From: Paraphysomonas bandaiensis
Lineage: Eukaryota; Protista; Chrysophyceae
Direction: 5' to 3'
Length of the DNA stretch: 64,000 bases
NCBI GenBank assembly: GCA_965644295.1
Contig: CBFFRP010000149.1
Coordinates: 62,001 to 126,000 of the forward strand
Below, piece by piece: positions 22,747-32,984 of this stretch (its first letter is position 1; each line of letters opens with the position of its first letter). The position numbers and the translations under genes are program-made. The notes under the pieces are model-generated. The model ran no database searches. It was not told the origin of the DNA and worked only from the letters and a program-made list of their open reading frames with translations.

Positions 22747-25700
22747 AAGAAGTCGAGCAACGAGAAGCTCAAGAAGTTTAGGAACAAGGCGTTGGACCAG
22801 CGGTCCAGGGGCCAAGGGGCAGAGGCATTGACCCCAACGGTGCCGATTCTGAAGTATGGGACGAACACCAACCTGGCGGTATTTAAGCAGAAGCTCACAG
22901 TGGCCGCCATGATGCTATTTGGTGACCTAGCGAGGCTCGTGGAGACCGATGAGTATTATGAACCACCCAAGATAAAGATTGAGGACTACGATCTCGATAA
23001 TGACCCCCACGGTCTGAACCTGGAAGAACTTAAGGATGCGAGAAAGACACGCCAAAGGAAGATTGACCAAATGCGTGACAACCGATCAGCTTTCTATGCG
23101 TTCATGTATGACAGACTGAGCAACGAGTCCGTGGACGCGATTAAGCAATTGGAGGAATACGAAGAGATTAACTCCTCCAAGGACCCTCTACTGTTGTGGC
23201 TTGCCATCAAGCAGACTCACAAAACAGCGACGAACTCCAATGTAGGGACCATCATGCGTGCAGAAACGAGAAAGAAGTACCAAGACGTGCGTCAGGGTCC
23301 ATTTGAGAGTATCGTGGCCTATAAGGAGCGTTTCGATTTTCTTTTGGAAGCGTACAATGATATGGAGAATCCGAAGATGGAAGAAGAAGATATAGCTATG
23401 GACTTCTTCAGGGGTCTGGACGACACCAGATATGAGGAGTTTAAGACCAGTTTTATGAATGACTTAATGATGGGGACACAGAAGCCACCCAAGCACGTGA
23501 ACGAGATCTACACTAAAGCTTCGAAGTATATCACCCCGAAGAGAGGAGCGAAACCAAATGGTGGTGTTGCGTTTGTGAGCAGGAAGGACACCTCGACTAA
23601 ACAACAGCGTCGCACAGGTGATGCTGATGACAAGACGAAGTCGAATGGGACCGACGAGTCGAAAGGAAGCGTGCGAAAGCATAGAGGCCCTATTGTATGT
23701 TGGGGTTGTGGAAAGACTGGACACAAGCTAAACCAGTGTCAAGAGAACGTCGAACCAGAGGAGAAACAATGCTCAGTGACTATGCAGAATGCGTTCACAT
23801 CGGGAGGAGAGCGTTTCGAATGGTACGAAGTTCTACTAGACAATCAGGCGGATGTGTCCGTTGTGCACCCGTGGCTACTGACAGATGTGAGACCTGCCGA
23901 TCGTAAGTGTAAAGTAGCTGGCTTGTCTGGTCACGCAGTAGAACTGCCCAATGTGGGAGAGCTGCCACAATTTTTCACATGTAAAACTGCCGACAACCTA
24001 CGAGTCAGTGTGTTGTGCCAAGCTGATGTCGAAGATCTGTACCCTATTGTGTATGAGCCAGGAGTGTCATACACGGTGTGTCTACCTAATAGAGAGCTAG
24101 TGTTCTACAGACGGAACAAAATGTATATAGCTGATATGAGGGATTGGGTGACACAAGGCAGGGTAAATATTACGACAACAAGAATGAAAGAACAAGAATA
24201 CACTAAAAGCGAAGTGGTGAGAGCTCGGAGGGCGCTGGAACTTGTACGGAACGCGGGTTTCGACTCAGAGCAGGGAGCCATGAACCTTGTGAGCGACGGA
24301 AATGTAACAGACGTGCCGTTGACGGCGCAAGACGTGAGGCGAGCTTTCGACATATACGGGAAGCCTTATGAAGCGGTTAGGGGGAAGACCACTAAACGTA
24401 AGAGCGGTAGGCAGTACGTGGACGTGGGAATCAAAGCAGATCAGCCCAAGCCGCAACGTTTGTATACCGATATATTCAGTGTGAGAAAACAACCGTTCCT
24501 GATAACACTGTCCGAGCCACTGGGGTTGACTCTTGTATCTCCGGTAGCTAGTGAGAAGACTGATGATCTAGGTCTAGCTTTTCAGGAGCAAGTATCTCTA
24601 CTAAGAAGTCATGGTTTCGCACCAACTGTAGCCTATCTGGATCCGCAGCCTGGTTTCCAACCCCTCAGAGGACAGATTACAGGGGTGGAAGTAGATGTGT
24701 GTGGAGCAGGGGATCACATGGACAAGGTAGATCTCAAGATCCGGAGACTGAAAGAGACTATTAGATCTGTGCAGGCAGGATTACCCTGGTCACTGCCTGA
24801 TAACATGGTCAGAGATCTGGTGAAGTACTCAAACAGTCGCCTAAATATCAGAAGGCCGTCTACAGGCACATCCATAGTAGCGCCACGAGTAGCGTTCACT
24901 GGGAGAAAGCCTAACTACCGAAAGGAACTAGAGCTAGCATTTGGTGACTACGTGGAGTGCTACAACCCAAAGGTGCGAAGCAACGATGCCGAGCAAAGTC
25001 ACACTGAGCCGTGTATTGCATTGTACCCTACTGGAAATGCCAACGGTAGCTGGTTTTTTATGAATGCGAAGACACACAAGCGAGTGAGAAGGACACACTG
25101 GGTGAAAATGAAGACAACACAGCTCATAATTGATGCGATGAATCAGATGGCGAAGATGGGTGATACGACTAGGAAGAGTCAGATTCCGAACCCACTCCTA
25201 CAGTCGATAGAAGCAGAAGAGCAGCAGAAAGGCGAAGACATGAAGGAGAGTACGCCAGAGGACGTTAAACAGACTCCAGTTGCAGAAACAATAGTGGAAG
25301 ATGTATCTACTACTGTGGTTGATGTAGAGCATAGTGGAGACCCACTAGGAGATGACGGTGATAATGAAGGTGAAGTGCCAGAACTTGTTGATGAGGAGCT
25401 GGATGACGATGTCCCAACTATGAAGTCCGGCAGCAGCATTACAAGCAGTGACGAGACAGGCGTTGAGAACGACAGGTCGCCGGATGCGAAGTCGAAACCA
25501 GTAGAGTACAGGGCCTTTCACACGAGTGCGATGAAGGGACTGCGTGAGTATGGTCCACCGGCATATAACGCTATCATATCGGAACTGAAACAACTTTTGC
25601 ATGACAAGAAGGCTATGCGTCCAGTACACCGCAAGGACTTATCGGCAACACAGTTGAAGAGAGCTATTCGATCTCTGATGTTTCTCAAGACTAAGTATGA

Positions 25701-27132
25701 TGGCTTAGGGCGCTTCGAAAAGATAAAAGCAAGACTGGTAGCTAATGGCGCACAACAAGATAGGAAGGTGTACGTAGACACATCGTCACCAACAGCAGCG
25801 ATGCAATCGATTATGATGTGTCTGGCGATAGCTGCTAAAGAGGGACGTCACATAGGTACCATGGATATAGGAGGCGCTTACCTGAACGCCGAGATGTCTG
25901 GCGAAGAAGTCATAATGGAATTAGAGCCAATGTTAACGACGATATTGAAGAAAGTGGCTCCTGAAGTATCACCGTATGTTGATGAGACTGGTAAACTACT
26001 AGTGCGGCTGGACAAGGCGCTATACGGGTGCATCCAGAGTGCGAAACTCTGGTACAACACGCTTACAGGATATTTGAGAAGTTTGGGATTCGAGCACAAC
26101 GCGGTCGACCCATGTGTAATGAACAAAGTAGCTGGCGGGCGAAAGTGTACAGTGGTGATATTCGTGGATGACATACTGGTCATGTCAAGCCATAAGGGCG
26201 ACTACCTAGAGTTGCTTAAGAAACTGAAAGAGAAGTTTGGGGATGTAAAGCACGACGATGGGAAAGATCTGTCATATCTCGGAATGCACATTAGAGCAGA
26301 GGGAGATAAGGTGACAGTGTCCATGAGATCGTACATCGAGAATTTTCTACGAGAACACGGAGTGACAGGAACTGCTACATCACCTGCTACAGCTACTCTA
26401 TTTAAGAACACCATGGACAAACCCACTAGTAAGAGTGATAGAAGGAAGTTTCACAAGATGGTGGCTCAGTTGCTGTACCTGGCCAAAAGGGTTAGACCAG
26501 ACATACTGCTTGCAGTCGCTTACCTTAGCACGAGAGTCAAGAATCCGACGCATGCTGACATGGAGAAACTTGGCAGGGTGACCCGCTACCTGAACGCGAC
26601 TAAGGGGCAGGACTTGTTGCTGTGCATTGGAAAGAATCTTACCGTTACTGGATACGTCGATGCGGCATTTGGGACTCATGACGATGGAAAGGGTCATTCG
26701 GGTCTGGTCGTAAAGGTGGGGGATGCAACAGTACTCTGCAAATCGTCGAAACAGCGCATTGTGACACGTGACTCGACGGAATCAGAGTTGGTAGGTCTAT
26801 CAGATATGTTAATGATGATTGTGCAATGTGCAGAATTCATAAAGGAACAAGGATACAGTATTGACGCACCTAGAGTGTTGCAAGACAATACCTCGACTCT
26901 ATCTCTTGTAACGAAAGGCGGAGGCAAATATCGTACAAAATACCTGCGTGTGAGGCGTGAATTCATCAAGGAAAGGGCAGATGAAGGAAGCATTCAATTG
27001 GAGTACTTACCCACAAAGATGATGTTGGCTGATGCATTGACGAAGCCCCTCCAAGGTACTCTGTACAAGTTTATGACATGTGGTATCGTGGGAAACAATA
27101 CACATGCCACAGGGGTGCGTAGAGCTAAATGA
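22744..27132 (+). CDS. Copia gag-pol polyprotein (1462 aa)
   Basis: Zn knuckle CWGCGKTGHKLNQC; protease VLLDNQADVSV; integrase LYTDIF / YLDPQ / HMDKVDLKIRRLKE; RT KARLVANG, MDIGGAYLNA, KALYGCIQSAKLWY, IFVDDIL; RNase H YVDAAF, STESELV, QDNTS, ADALTKPL. No stops or frameshifts. Confidence 0.97.
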   Translation: MKKSSNEKLKKFRNKALDQRSRGQGAEALTPTVPILKYGTNTNLAVFKQKLTVAAMMLFGDLARLVETDEYYEPPKIKIEDYDLDNDPHGLNLEELKDARKTRQRKIDQMRDNRSAFYAFMYDRLSNESVDAIKQLEEYEEINSSKDPLLLWLAIKQTHKTATNSNVGTIMRAETRKKYQDVRQGPFESIVAYKERFDFLLEAYNDMENPKMEEEDIAMDFFRGLDDTRYEEFKTSFMNDLMMGTQKPPKHVNEIYTKASKYITPKRGAKPNGGVAFVSRKDTSTKQQRRTGDADDKTKSNGTDESKGSVRKHRGPIVCWGCGKTGHKLNQCQENVEPEEKQCSVTMQNAFTSGGERFEWYEVLLDNQADVSVVHPWLLTDVRPADRKCKVAGLSGHAVELPNVGELPQFFTCKTADNLRVSVLCQADVEDLYPIVYEPGVSYTVCLPNRELVFYRRNKMYIADMRDWVTQGRVNITTTRMKEQEYTKSEVVRARRALELVRNAGFDSEQGAMNLVSDGNVTDVPLTAQDVRRAFDIYGKPYEAVRGKTTKRKSGRQYVDVGIKADQPKPQRLYTDIFSVRKQPFLITLSEPLGLTLVSPVASEKTDDLGLAFQEQVSLLRSHGFAPTVAYLDPQPGFQPLRGQITGVEVDVCGAGDHMDKVDLKIRRLKETIRSVQAGLPWSLPDNMVRDLVKYSNSRLNIRRPSTGTSIVAPRVAFTGRKPNYRKELELAFGDYVECYNPKVRSNDAEQSHTEPCIALYPTGNANGSWFFMNAKTHKRVRRTHWVKMKTTQLIIDAMNQMAKMGDTTRKSQIPNPLLQSIEAEEQQKGEDMKESTPEDVKQTPVAETIVEDVSTTVVDVEHSGDPLGDDGDNEGEVPELVDEELDDDVPTMKSGSSITSSDETGVENDRSPDAKSKPVEYRAFHTSAMKGLREYGPPAYNAIISELKQLLHDKKAMRPVHRKDLSATQLKRAIRSLMFLKTKYDGLGRFEKIKARLVANGAQQDRKVYVDTSSPTAAMQSIMMCLAIAAKEGRHIGTMDIGGAYLNAEMSGEEVIMELEPMLTTILKKVAPEVSPYVDETGKLLVRLDKALYGCIQSAKLWYNTLTGYLRSLGFEHNAVDPCVMNKVAGGRKCTVVIFVDDILVMSSHKGDYLELLKKLKEKFGDVKHDDGKDLSYLGMHIRAEGDKVTVSMRSYIENFLREHGVTGTATSPATATLFKNTMDKPTSKSDRRKFHKMVAQLLYLAKRVRPDILLAVAYLSTRVKNPTHADMEKLGRVTRYLNATKGQDLLLCIGKNLTVTGYVDAAFGTHDDGKGHSGLVVKVGDATVLCKSSKQRIVTRDSTESELVGLSDMLMMIVQCAEFIKEQGYSIDAPRVLQDNTSTLSLVTKGGGKYRTKYLRVRREFIKERADEGSIQLEYLPTKMMLADALTKPLQGTLYKFMTCGIVGNNTHATGVRRAK

Positions 27133-27473
27133 TGATTCGGTATAGAAGTCTTCGAGTGATGGAAATGAAAGTCAACGTGCACATTCGTTTTTGTTACAGT
27201 GATTATGTTTTCAGTCATTGTACATGTGTGACTCTGTAGGATACGAGTGAGAGTGTACAGTAGAACATGATCAGCTGTAGTATTATTGTGTTGTAGGGAG
27301 ACACCATAATTTCCTATCACTAACGATTTCTGTAGTATTTGCAAAGAGACTTGTCTTTTGCCTACCTGTAGTGTAGTTTGAACGGAGGACAACGGGCGAA
27401 CTGGATCCGTGAGTGTTTGATTGATCTGTAGTATCAGTGTTGTATTTTCGATCCAAGTACGTATTTCTCTTCG
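27118..27473 (+). repeat. 3' LTR, preceded by a short purine-rich tract AGGGGTG (27111-27117)
   Basis: Identical to the 5' LTR; the polyprotein stop codon (27130-27132) lies inside it. Confidence 0.95.
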
Positions 27474-27609
27474 CATGAATTTTTCGTCATTTCAAATGAT
27501 TTTCCAAGACAATGGACACAATGCGGTGTGGTGTGTACCATCATGGCGTAAATAATACAGTCGAGTCCTATTCAGTATTTCGGTTTGCCTGCTTGATCTG
27601 CATGTTGAT
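27474..27609. repeat. Right copy of the 136-bp direct duplication (putative long TSD)
   Basis: Identical to 22240-22375 and abuts the 3' LTR exactly. Confidence 0.9.
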
Positions 27610-27943
27610 GTTATGTGGAAGTATGTCGCAGTTTCAGTTCTTCTCATTTAAAGGGGCAGCACTGAGAATCTCTGCGCTATAGCACATAAATATATAGTCC
27701 GTAGTGGTGATACTAGTGGGGCAGGTTGTTCATTACAGTAAAACCTTTTACCTCATTCTCTATAAACGACTGCGTATCGTGATCTGAATCAGTGATTGAA
27801 TTCTGTTTAAAGATCAACAAGATACACACTCGTCATACATACCCACACATCACAGTAACATATCTATACATTCAAATGAACCGATAGAAAGTGATCATTG
27901 ATTATAAAAATCACAACAGAAGTCTTCAAATACTAAAGAGACA

Positions 27944-30900
27944 ATGACGAAAGTAACTCCTTTGGGGCCTCTGGGAGGCAAAGCCAATTTCGACCACAGC
28001 TTAAATCTATTGAGGTTGACACTGATGTGCTGTTTGTTTGCCACCGCTGCGGTTGGAGGGTATTTCTCATACACACTCATGAGAGCAGATGAAGACAAAG
28101 TTGAGAAGTTGTCCTTCAAGTCCTTGACCGACCATATGAAACGGTATTGCAAAGAGGGCTTTGCAGAGAAGCTATCAGCGTTGAATAGCATACAGTCTTT
28201 GTTGAAGACAAGTTGTCCAACCACAGCATCGTGGCCGAATTGCACTGTCGATATTGAGGAGTATGATAGATTTGTGAACTCGTTGATAACAATGGCAGAT
28301 ATACGTGGATGCAATCACGAAGTGAAAATACATCCCCGACAGATTCCGTCATTTATCAAGTATACCAGTGACTTTTACTCCGCCTCAGGGTTTCCGGACC
28401 TTGCTGAGAGCATTCGTCAACAAGGCATATTTGCTGTAAACCAGTCTACGAATAAAGTGTACACAGTGACTGAACCCTATTCTTATGGGGAGAATGATTT
28501 AATTCTGCCAATCGTTCAGATCAACAATCCGTCAGTCAATAGAGGAGCTCTCCTGTTTAATATATACTCCGATCAGGACCGCATTGACGCTATTGATCCG
28601 ATATTCGAATGTATTCGTAGGTATGATGGTAGTATGGAAGGCACAGAGATGTCAGTAATAGCCCAAGAATGCACGGGTATGTCTCGAGTAATTCACCTCG
28701 TGGAAGATGTGGAATTTCGTCCCGCTATTTTTTTACTTCACCCTGTGATGTTACCAATCACAAATTTCAGTGATTTAGAACCTGATGTAGCTTCTTCAAG
28801 TATTATTATTACCTTAGGTGACCAGGAATATATTCATGTGGGCTCTATAACTGCTCTGTTTAATTGGGATGAAATGCTAACCAAATCTGTGTTCGAATCC
28901 ACTGAGGGTCTGCATGTTGTTTTGAATGATGAGAGGAATGAATACTGCTTTACATTTGTAGATGGAAGAGCTGTATACGCTGAATCTGGGTGCAAAATAG
29001 AGAAGCAATATAAAGAAGACAGAGTGAAGTTTCCTGTTTCTTTCCTCGACAATATTGACTTTACATACACCGTTACCATATACCGAGATGAAACCTACTC
29101 GAAAGTGTTCCACGGGAATGGTCCAATTTATACTTCTGCGATAACAGTAGCTGTGATAATAGCATGCATGGTGCAGTTTGTGGGGTACGACGTGGTAGTC
29201 ACGAAGCGCACCCTCGAGAATGATGAGGCCAAGAGGAATTTTGTTCGTTATATTAGTCACGGTAAGTCCTTGTACCAATACATATTATATGTTGAATTTC
29301 TCTGATACATACTCTATGCAGAAATGAGAACTCCCCTCACTACAGTCAGTTTAGGCATTAAATTAGTAGCTCGCGAGATACAATCTCTTCTTCCAGGCAA
29401 TGCTACAGCTATTGATGATCGACGAACCGTAGCAAATGTGGATAGACCAATTCAAGTGTCCCGTGATAAATTGGATGATTTTTCTGCTCTATTGGAAAAC
29501 ATTGGTGGCAGTACTGATGCTGCGGTATTGATCCTCAATGACTTACTTCAATACGATCGAATTAAGTTTGGCAATATTGATATGAACTTCGAGATTCTGA
29601 ATGTGATGGAACTAATGCTCACTACAACAAGATTATTTGAGATTCAAGCTGTGGAGGCCGGAGTATCCTTAACTTTCGATACAGAAACGTCTGACGAGAA
29701 GGACTGTGAAATTAGGAGGCACAGCAATATGTCGGAAGAGTTAAATAATGCCGTAAGAGAAGCAATGCGTAAAGAAAGTGACTTGAGTGCTTCTGCTAAA
29801 TCATTCTCGGCCCATGATAGCTCGAGTTTACAAAGCGTATCACCCAGCACGAGAATGATGGCACTATGTATACATGGTGATGACAGTAAACTTCGACAAG
29901 TTATTCGCAATCTAATATCTAACGCTCTAAAGTTTACCAAAGCAGGCGGTTTTGTGGATGTTTCAGGTACTATATGGTTTTGTTGATTTTTAATGGCGCA
30001 ACCAGACTTCTATGAAACTTCGTTATTGTAAATACGGTCTCATATATATATATATTTCAGTGAAATGGAATCGCGATGGACTCCCTCATGTCAACGAAGT
30101 AGTGTCCCAGTACCAAGGTACACATATCGCGGAAGGTTCAGTTGTAATAACGGTGAGAGATTCCGGTGTTGGACTATCTCAAGAAAATATAGACAATGTA
30201 TTCAAGGAAGGCTGGCAGTTTAAAACCAATAAACTACAGGTATAATAGTGTGGCAATGCATTGTTACTGCATCGATAGGTGTTTATTATGTGTACACAGG
30301 CCGGTCAAGGCTCTGGGCTAGGGCTTTGGATTGCTAAAAGCATTGTTGAGCATCATCATGGCACCATATCGTGTAGCTCTGCTGGAGAGGGGTGTGGCAC
30401 TTCGTTTGTTGTCGAGTTACCAGTGTTTGTTCCTGTTGTTTCTTCTACTCCTTCTACTAAAAAGTTAGAATACTTTCCTTTTACCGCACCTAATCGTTCT
30501 GAACGGTGTCTGCAATCTACATCGCCACTTTTGAAAACAGTTCTTGTGGTTGATGACTCCGCTATGTGCCGCAAAGTGGTCTGTCGACTGTTGCAAGGAG
30601 TTGGTGTTACATGCCTGGAAGCAGTTGATGGGGAAGAATGCATTAGTAAAGTTATCGAGAACTCAGATACTATTGATGCGATCGTAATGGATTACGAGGT
30701 AATTTTTATGTTATATGATGTTTGTTTAAGTTAACCTATGTGTTGATGGCCAGATGCCTAGAATGAATGGACCAACAGCAGCTAAAATATTACGTGAAAA
30801 AGGATATACTATACCAATAATTGGATTGACTGGAAATGTATTAAAAGCAGATACAGCTTATTTTTTGGAACATGGCGCAAGTGCAGTTATGCATAAGCCT

Positions 30901-30960
30901 GTTTCCCTTGAACAATTAATGTCTGTTATTGGATCCGCAACTGCAGAACTTAACGTTTAG
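27944..30960 (+). CDS. Hybrid sensor histidine kinase, copy B; exons 27944-29261, 29322-29966, 30061-30239, 30300-30698, 30754-30960
   Basis: Same H, N, G1, G2 and REC motifs as copy A. GT-AG introns join the ORFs in frame. Inverted paralogue of 18751-21796. Confidence 0.92.
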
Positions 30961-31598
30961 TGGTCTCAAGAGTAATGCATGGAATCGGGTGCTGTAGTGG
31001 TCTTGAGTTTTTTTTATGAATATATGCATGTTTCATTTTTGTATGTAAACATTAAGTTTATTGTATTGTTCACACAATAGAAAAAACAGGTGTATAGTAT
31101 CATGTGATATTCGTTAATGTACTTCAGTTTTGCCATTATAGTAGGGAATGCTTTCCTCGTTACATTCGCAATCCTCCTATGCATCTCTTCGAGTTACGTA
31201 ATGCACATTAACCCTTTTCAATAGTAGAATACTTAATGCAAGTATGTATCGTAACAGATGCCCTTAGTTTCACTATTTAAATTGAGTACACCACAAGTCA
31301 ATGACTTCTTGATTCTTGAAGAATAAAAAATCTGGCGAATGCATTACGGTTATCTGAAAAATGACATTATCTGTCAATATTGTTGAGTTCTGAGGTATGC
31401 TGTGATATATATTGTAGTATTGTACAATTGAAGTAAGTTCATAGTGTGAAATTGGTGAATAAACTCATAGTTATAACGGGTAAATATATAGTTACAAAGG
31501 AAGTAAATTCAGTTAAAGATGTGTGACAAAGTAAAATTTAGGAGTGACTGGTGATATACATGTTTCTGAGAACAGATGCTCAGTAAATGTTGCATGAA

Positions 31599-31966
31599 TA
31601 GTGAATGTCTTATTATCAGCAATAGGCGTGTAAAAGTCAGAACTAATGTAGCAAAACAAGGAAACTAAAACTAGTACCTAACTTTGATATCCTACTATTT
31701 TTTTATCACTACGAAAGCTGCTTGTGCGTCACCGCAAGCACCAAGGTGAAACCACTTTCGCTCTATCATTCAAAGCATAGTGAGCAAGCAGAATGTTGAT
31801 ATATACCTGACATCTGCTAACTTCAGGACTTTAGAGTCTTTAAGGTAAACAGCCCGGATGCTTGACTTCAACAGAGGCAACCCAATACCCCGGATGCCTG
31901 TTTATTCGTTTATTCGTCAAGGCTCAAAGACGTTTACACAAGCAATTGGTTATGAGTGGGCAGAAC
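31599..31966 (-). mobile_element. SINE-like dispersed repeat, copy 3
   Basis: TAGTGAATGTCTTATTATCAGCAATAGGCGTGTAAAAGTCAGAAC...GCTGCTTGTGCGTCACCGCAAGCACCAAGGTG...CCCGGATGC; inverted relative to copy 4. Confidence 0.65.
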
Positions 31967-32084
31967 GTACACGTAAACTTTAACCTGGCTTTGTTGCGAA
32001 AAATGTACTTTAAATAAGAATTGTAACTACGAATTACTCTGAACACGTTAGATGTAACACACTCGTCAAAGTCGGACTCGGACC

Positions 32085-32549
32085 TCTTCGTGGTGTTCTG
32101 GGGGATAAGTACTGTTCTCCAGCAAACTAACATAAGCCGCGTATATATAGTCAGCAGATATTGTTCTGCCCACTTATAGGAAAATGCTTGTGTAGCACAA
32201 GAGTCACTACTATAGGTGTCACTTGTGTAGATGTCTTTGGGCCTTGGCGAATAAACAGGCATTCGGGAATGGGCCCACCTCAAGGGCATCCGGGGTATTG
32301 GGCTGCCAGCTGAAGTCAAGCATCCGGGCTGGTTCACCTTAAAGTCTCTAAAGTCCTGAAGTTAGCAGATATCACATACTGCTAGCTCACTGCATTTGCT
32401 TTGAGTGATAGTGTTTGCACCTTGGTGCTTCAGGTGACGCAGAAGCAGCTTTCGTAGCATTAGATAGTAGGATATCAGAGTTAAGCATTGAATAGTTAAA
32501 TTAGTTCTGACTCTTACACGCCTATTAGAAATAATAAGGCATTTACTAC
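32085..32549 (+). mobile_element. SINE-like dispersed repeat, copy 4
   Basis: Same unit on the plus strand, ending ACACGCCTATTAGAAATAATAAGGCATTTACTA. Confidence 0.65.
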
Positions 32550-32984
32550 TGTGTGAGTCAGTTTCTGTTAAAGAGAGTAACACACTGAGAGCTGGAGGAG
32601 GTGGACTATTCAAATCTGTAATGGTCTAAAGTGGCAGTAGAAATTGTTAATATACACTGGCTGTGCCCCTGTTATACTTAGTAGTTACAATTTACCTCAA
32701 AGTAAACCCCAACGTAAACCTAGTAGTTGTAGTGTAGACACTATAATACAATTAATACAACTCTGTTATCCTATTGTATATTATCTAAATATTATAATAA
32801 GGTATATTTTGAGGTAAGCAAGTATTTCCATAGAATTTCATTCTTACCCTCAAAGTAAACCCCCAGAAGATCGATTGTAAAATACTATACAATATAAAAA
32901 CAATGATCGACGTTTATTAAACATCGAATGATGAAACAAGGTGATGTAAGTAGACTGATGACAGAGATATATTATATTTACTGT

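Larger units (their letters stand above)
22376..27473 (+). mobile_element. Full-length Ty1/Copia LTR retrotransposon (CoDi-like), apparently intact and recent
   Basis: Two identical 356-bp LTRs enclose one ORF with the Copia domain order gag-PR-IN-RT-RH. Confidence 0.97.

Noticed and set aside
22258-22815. 185-aa and 160-aa antisense ORFs across the LTRs (also 26994-27476)
   Set aside because: They have no recognisable domain and recur only because the LTRs are identical; likely shadow ORFs, though antisense expression is untested.
22240-27609. The 136-bp segment as part of the LTR, or as DIRS/Ngaro split direct repeats
   Set aside because: The order A-B-ORF-B-A fits neither a longer LTR nor split repeats, and the ORF has a Copia integrase and RT with no tyrosine recombinase.
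31599-32549. Penelope-like pseudo-LTRs with hammerhead ribozymes
   Set aside because: I found no CUGANGA...GAAA core with flanking stems on either strand of the unit.
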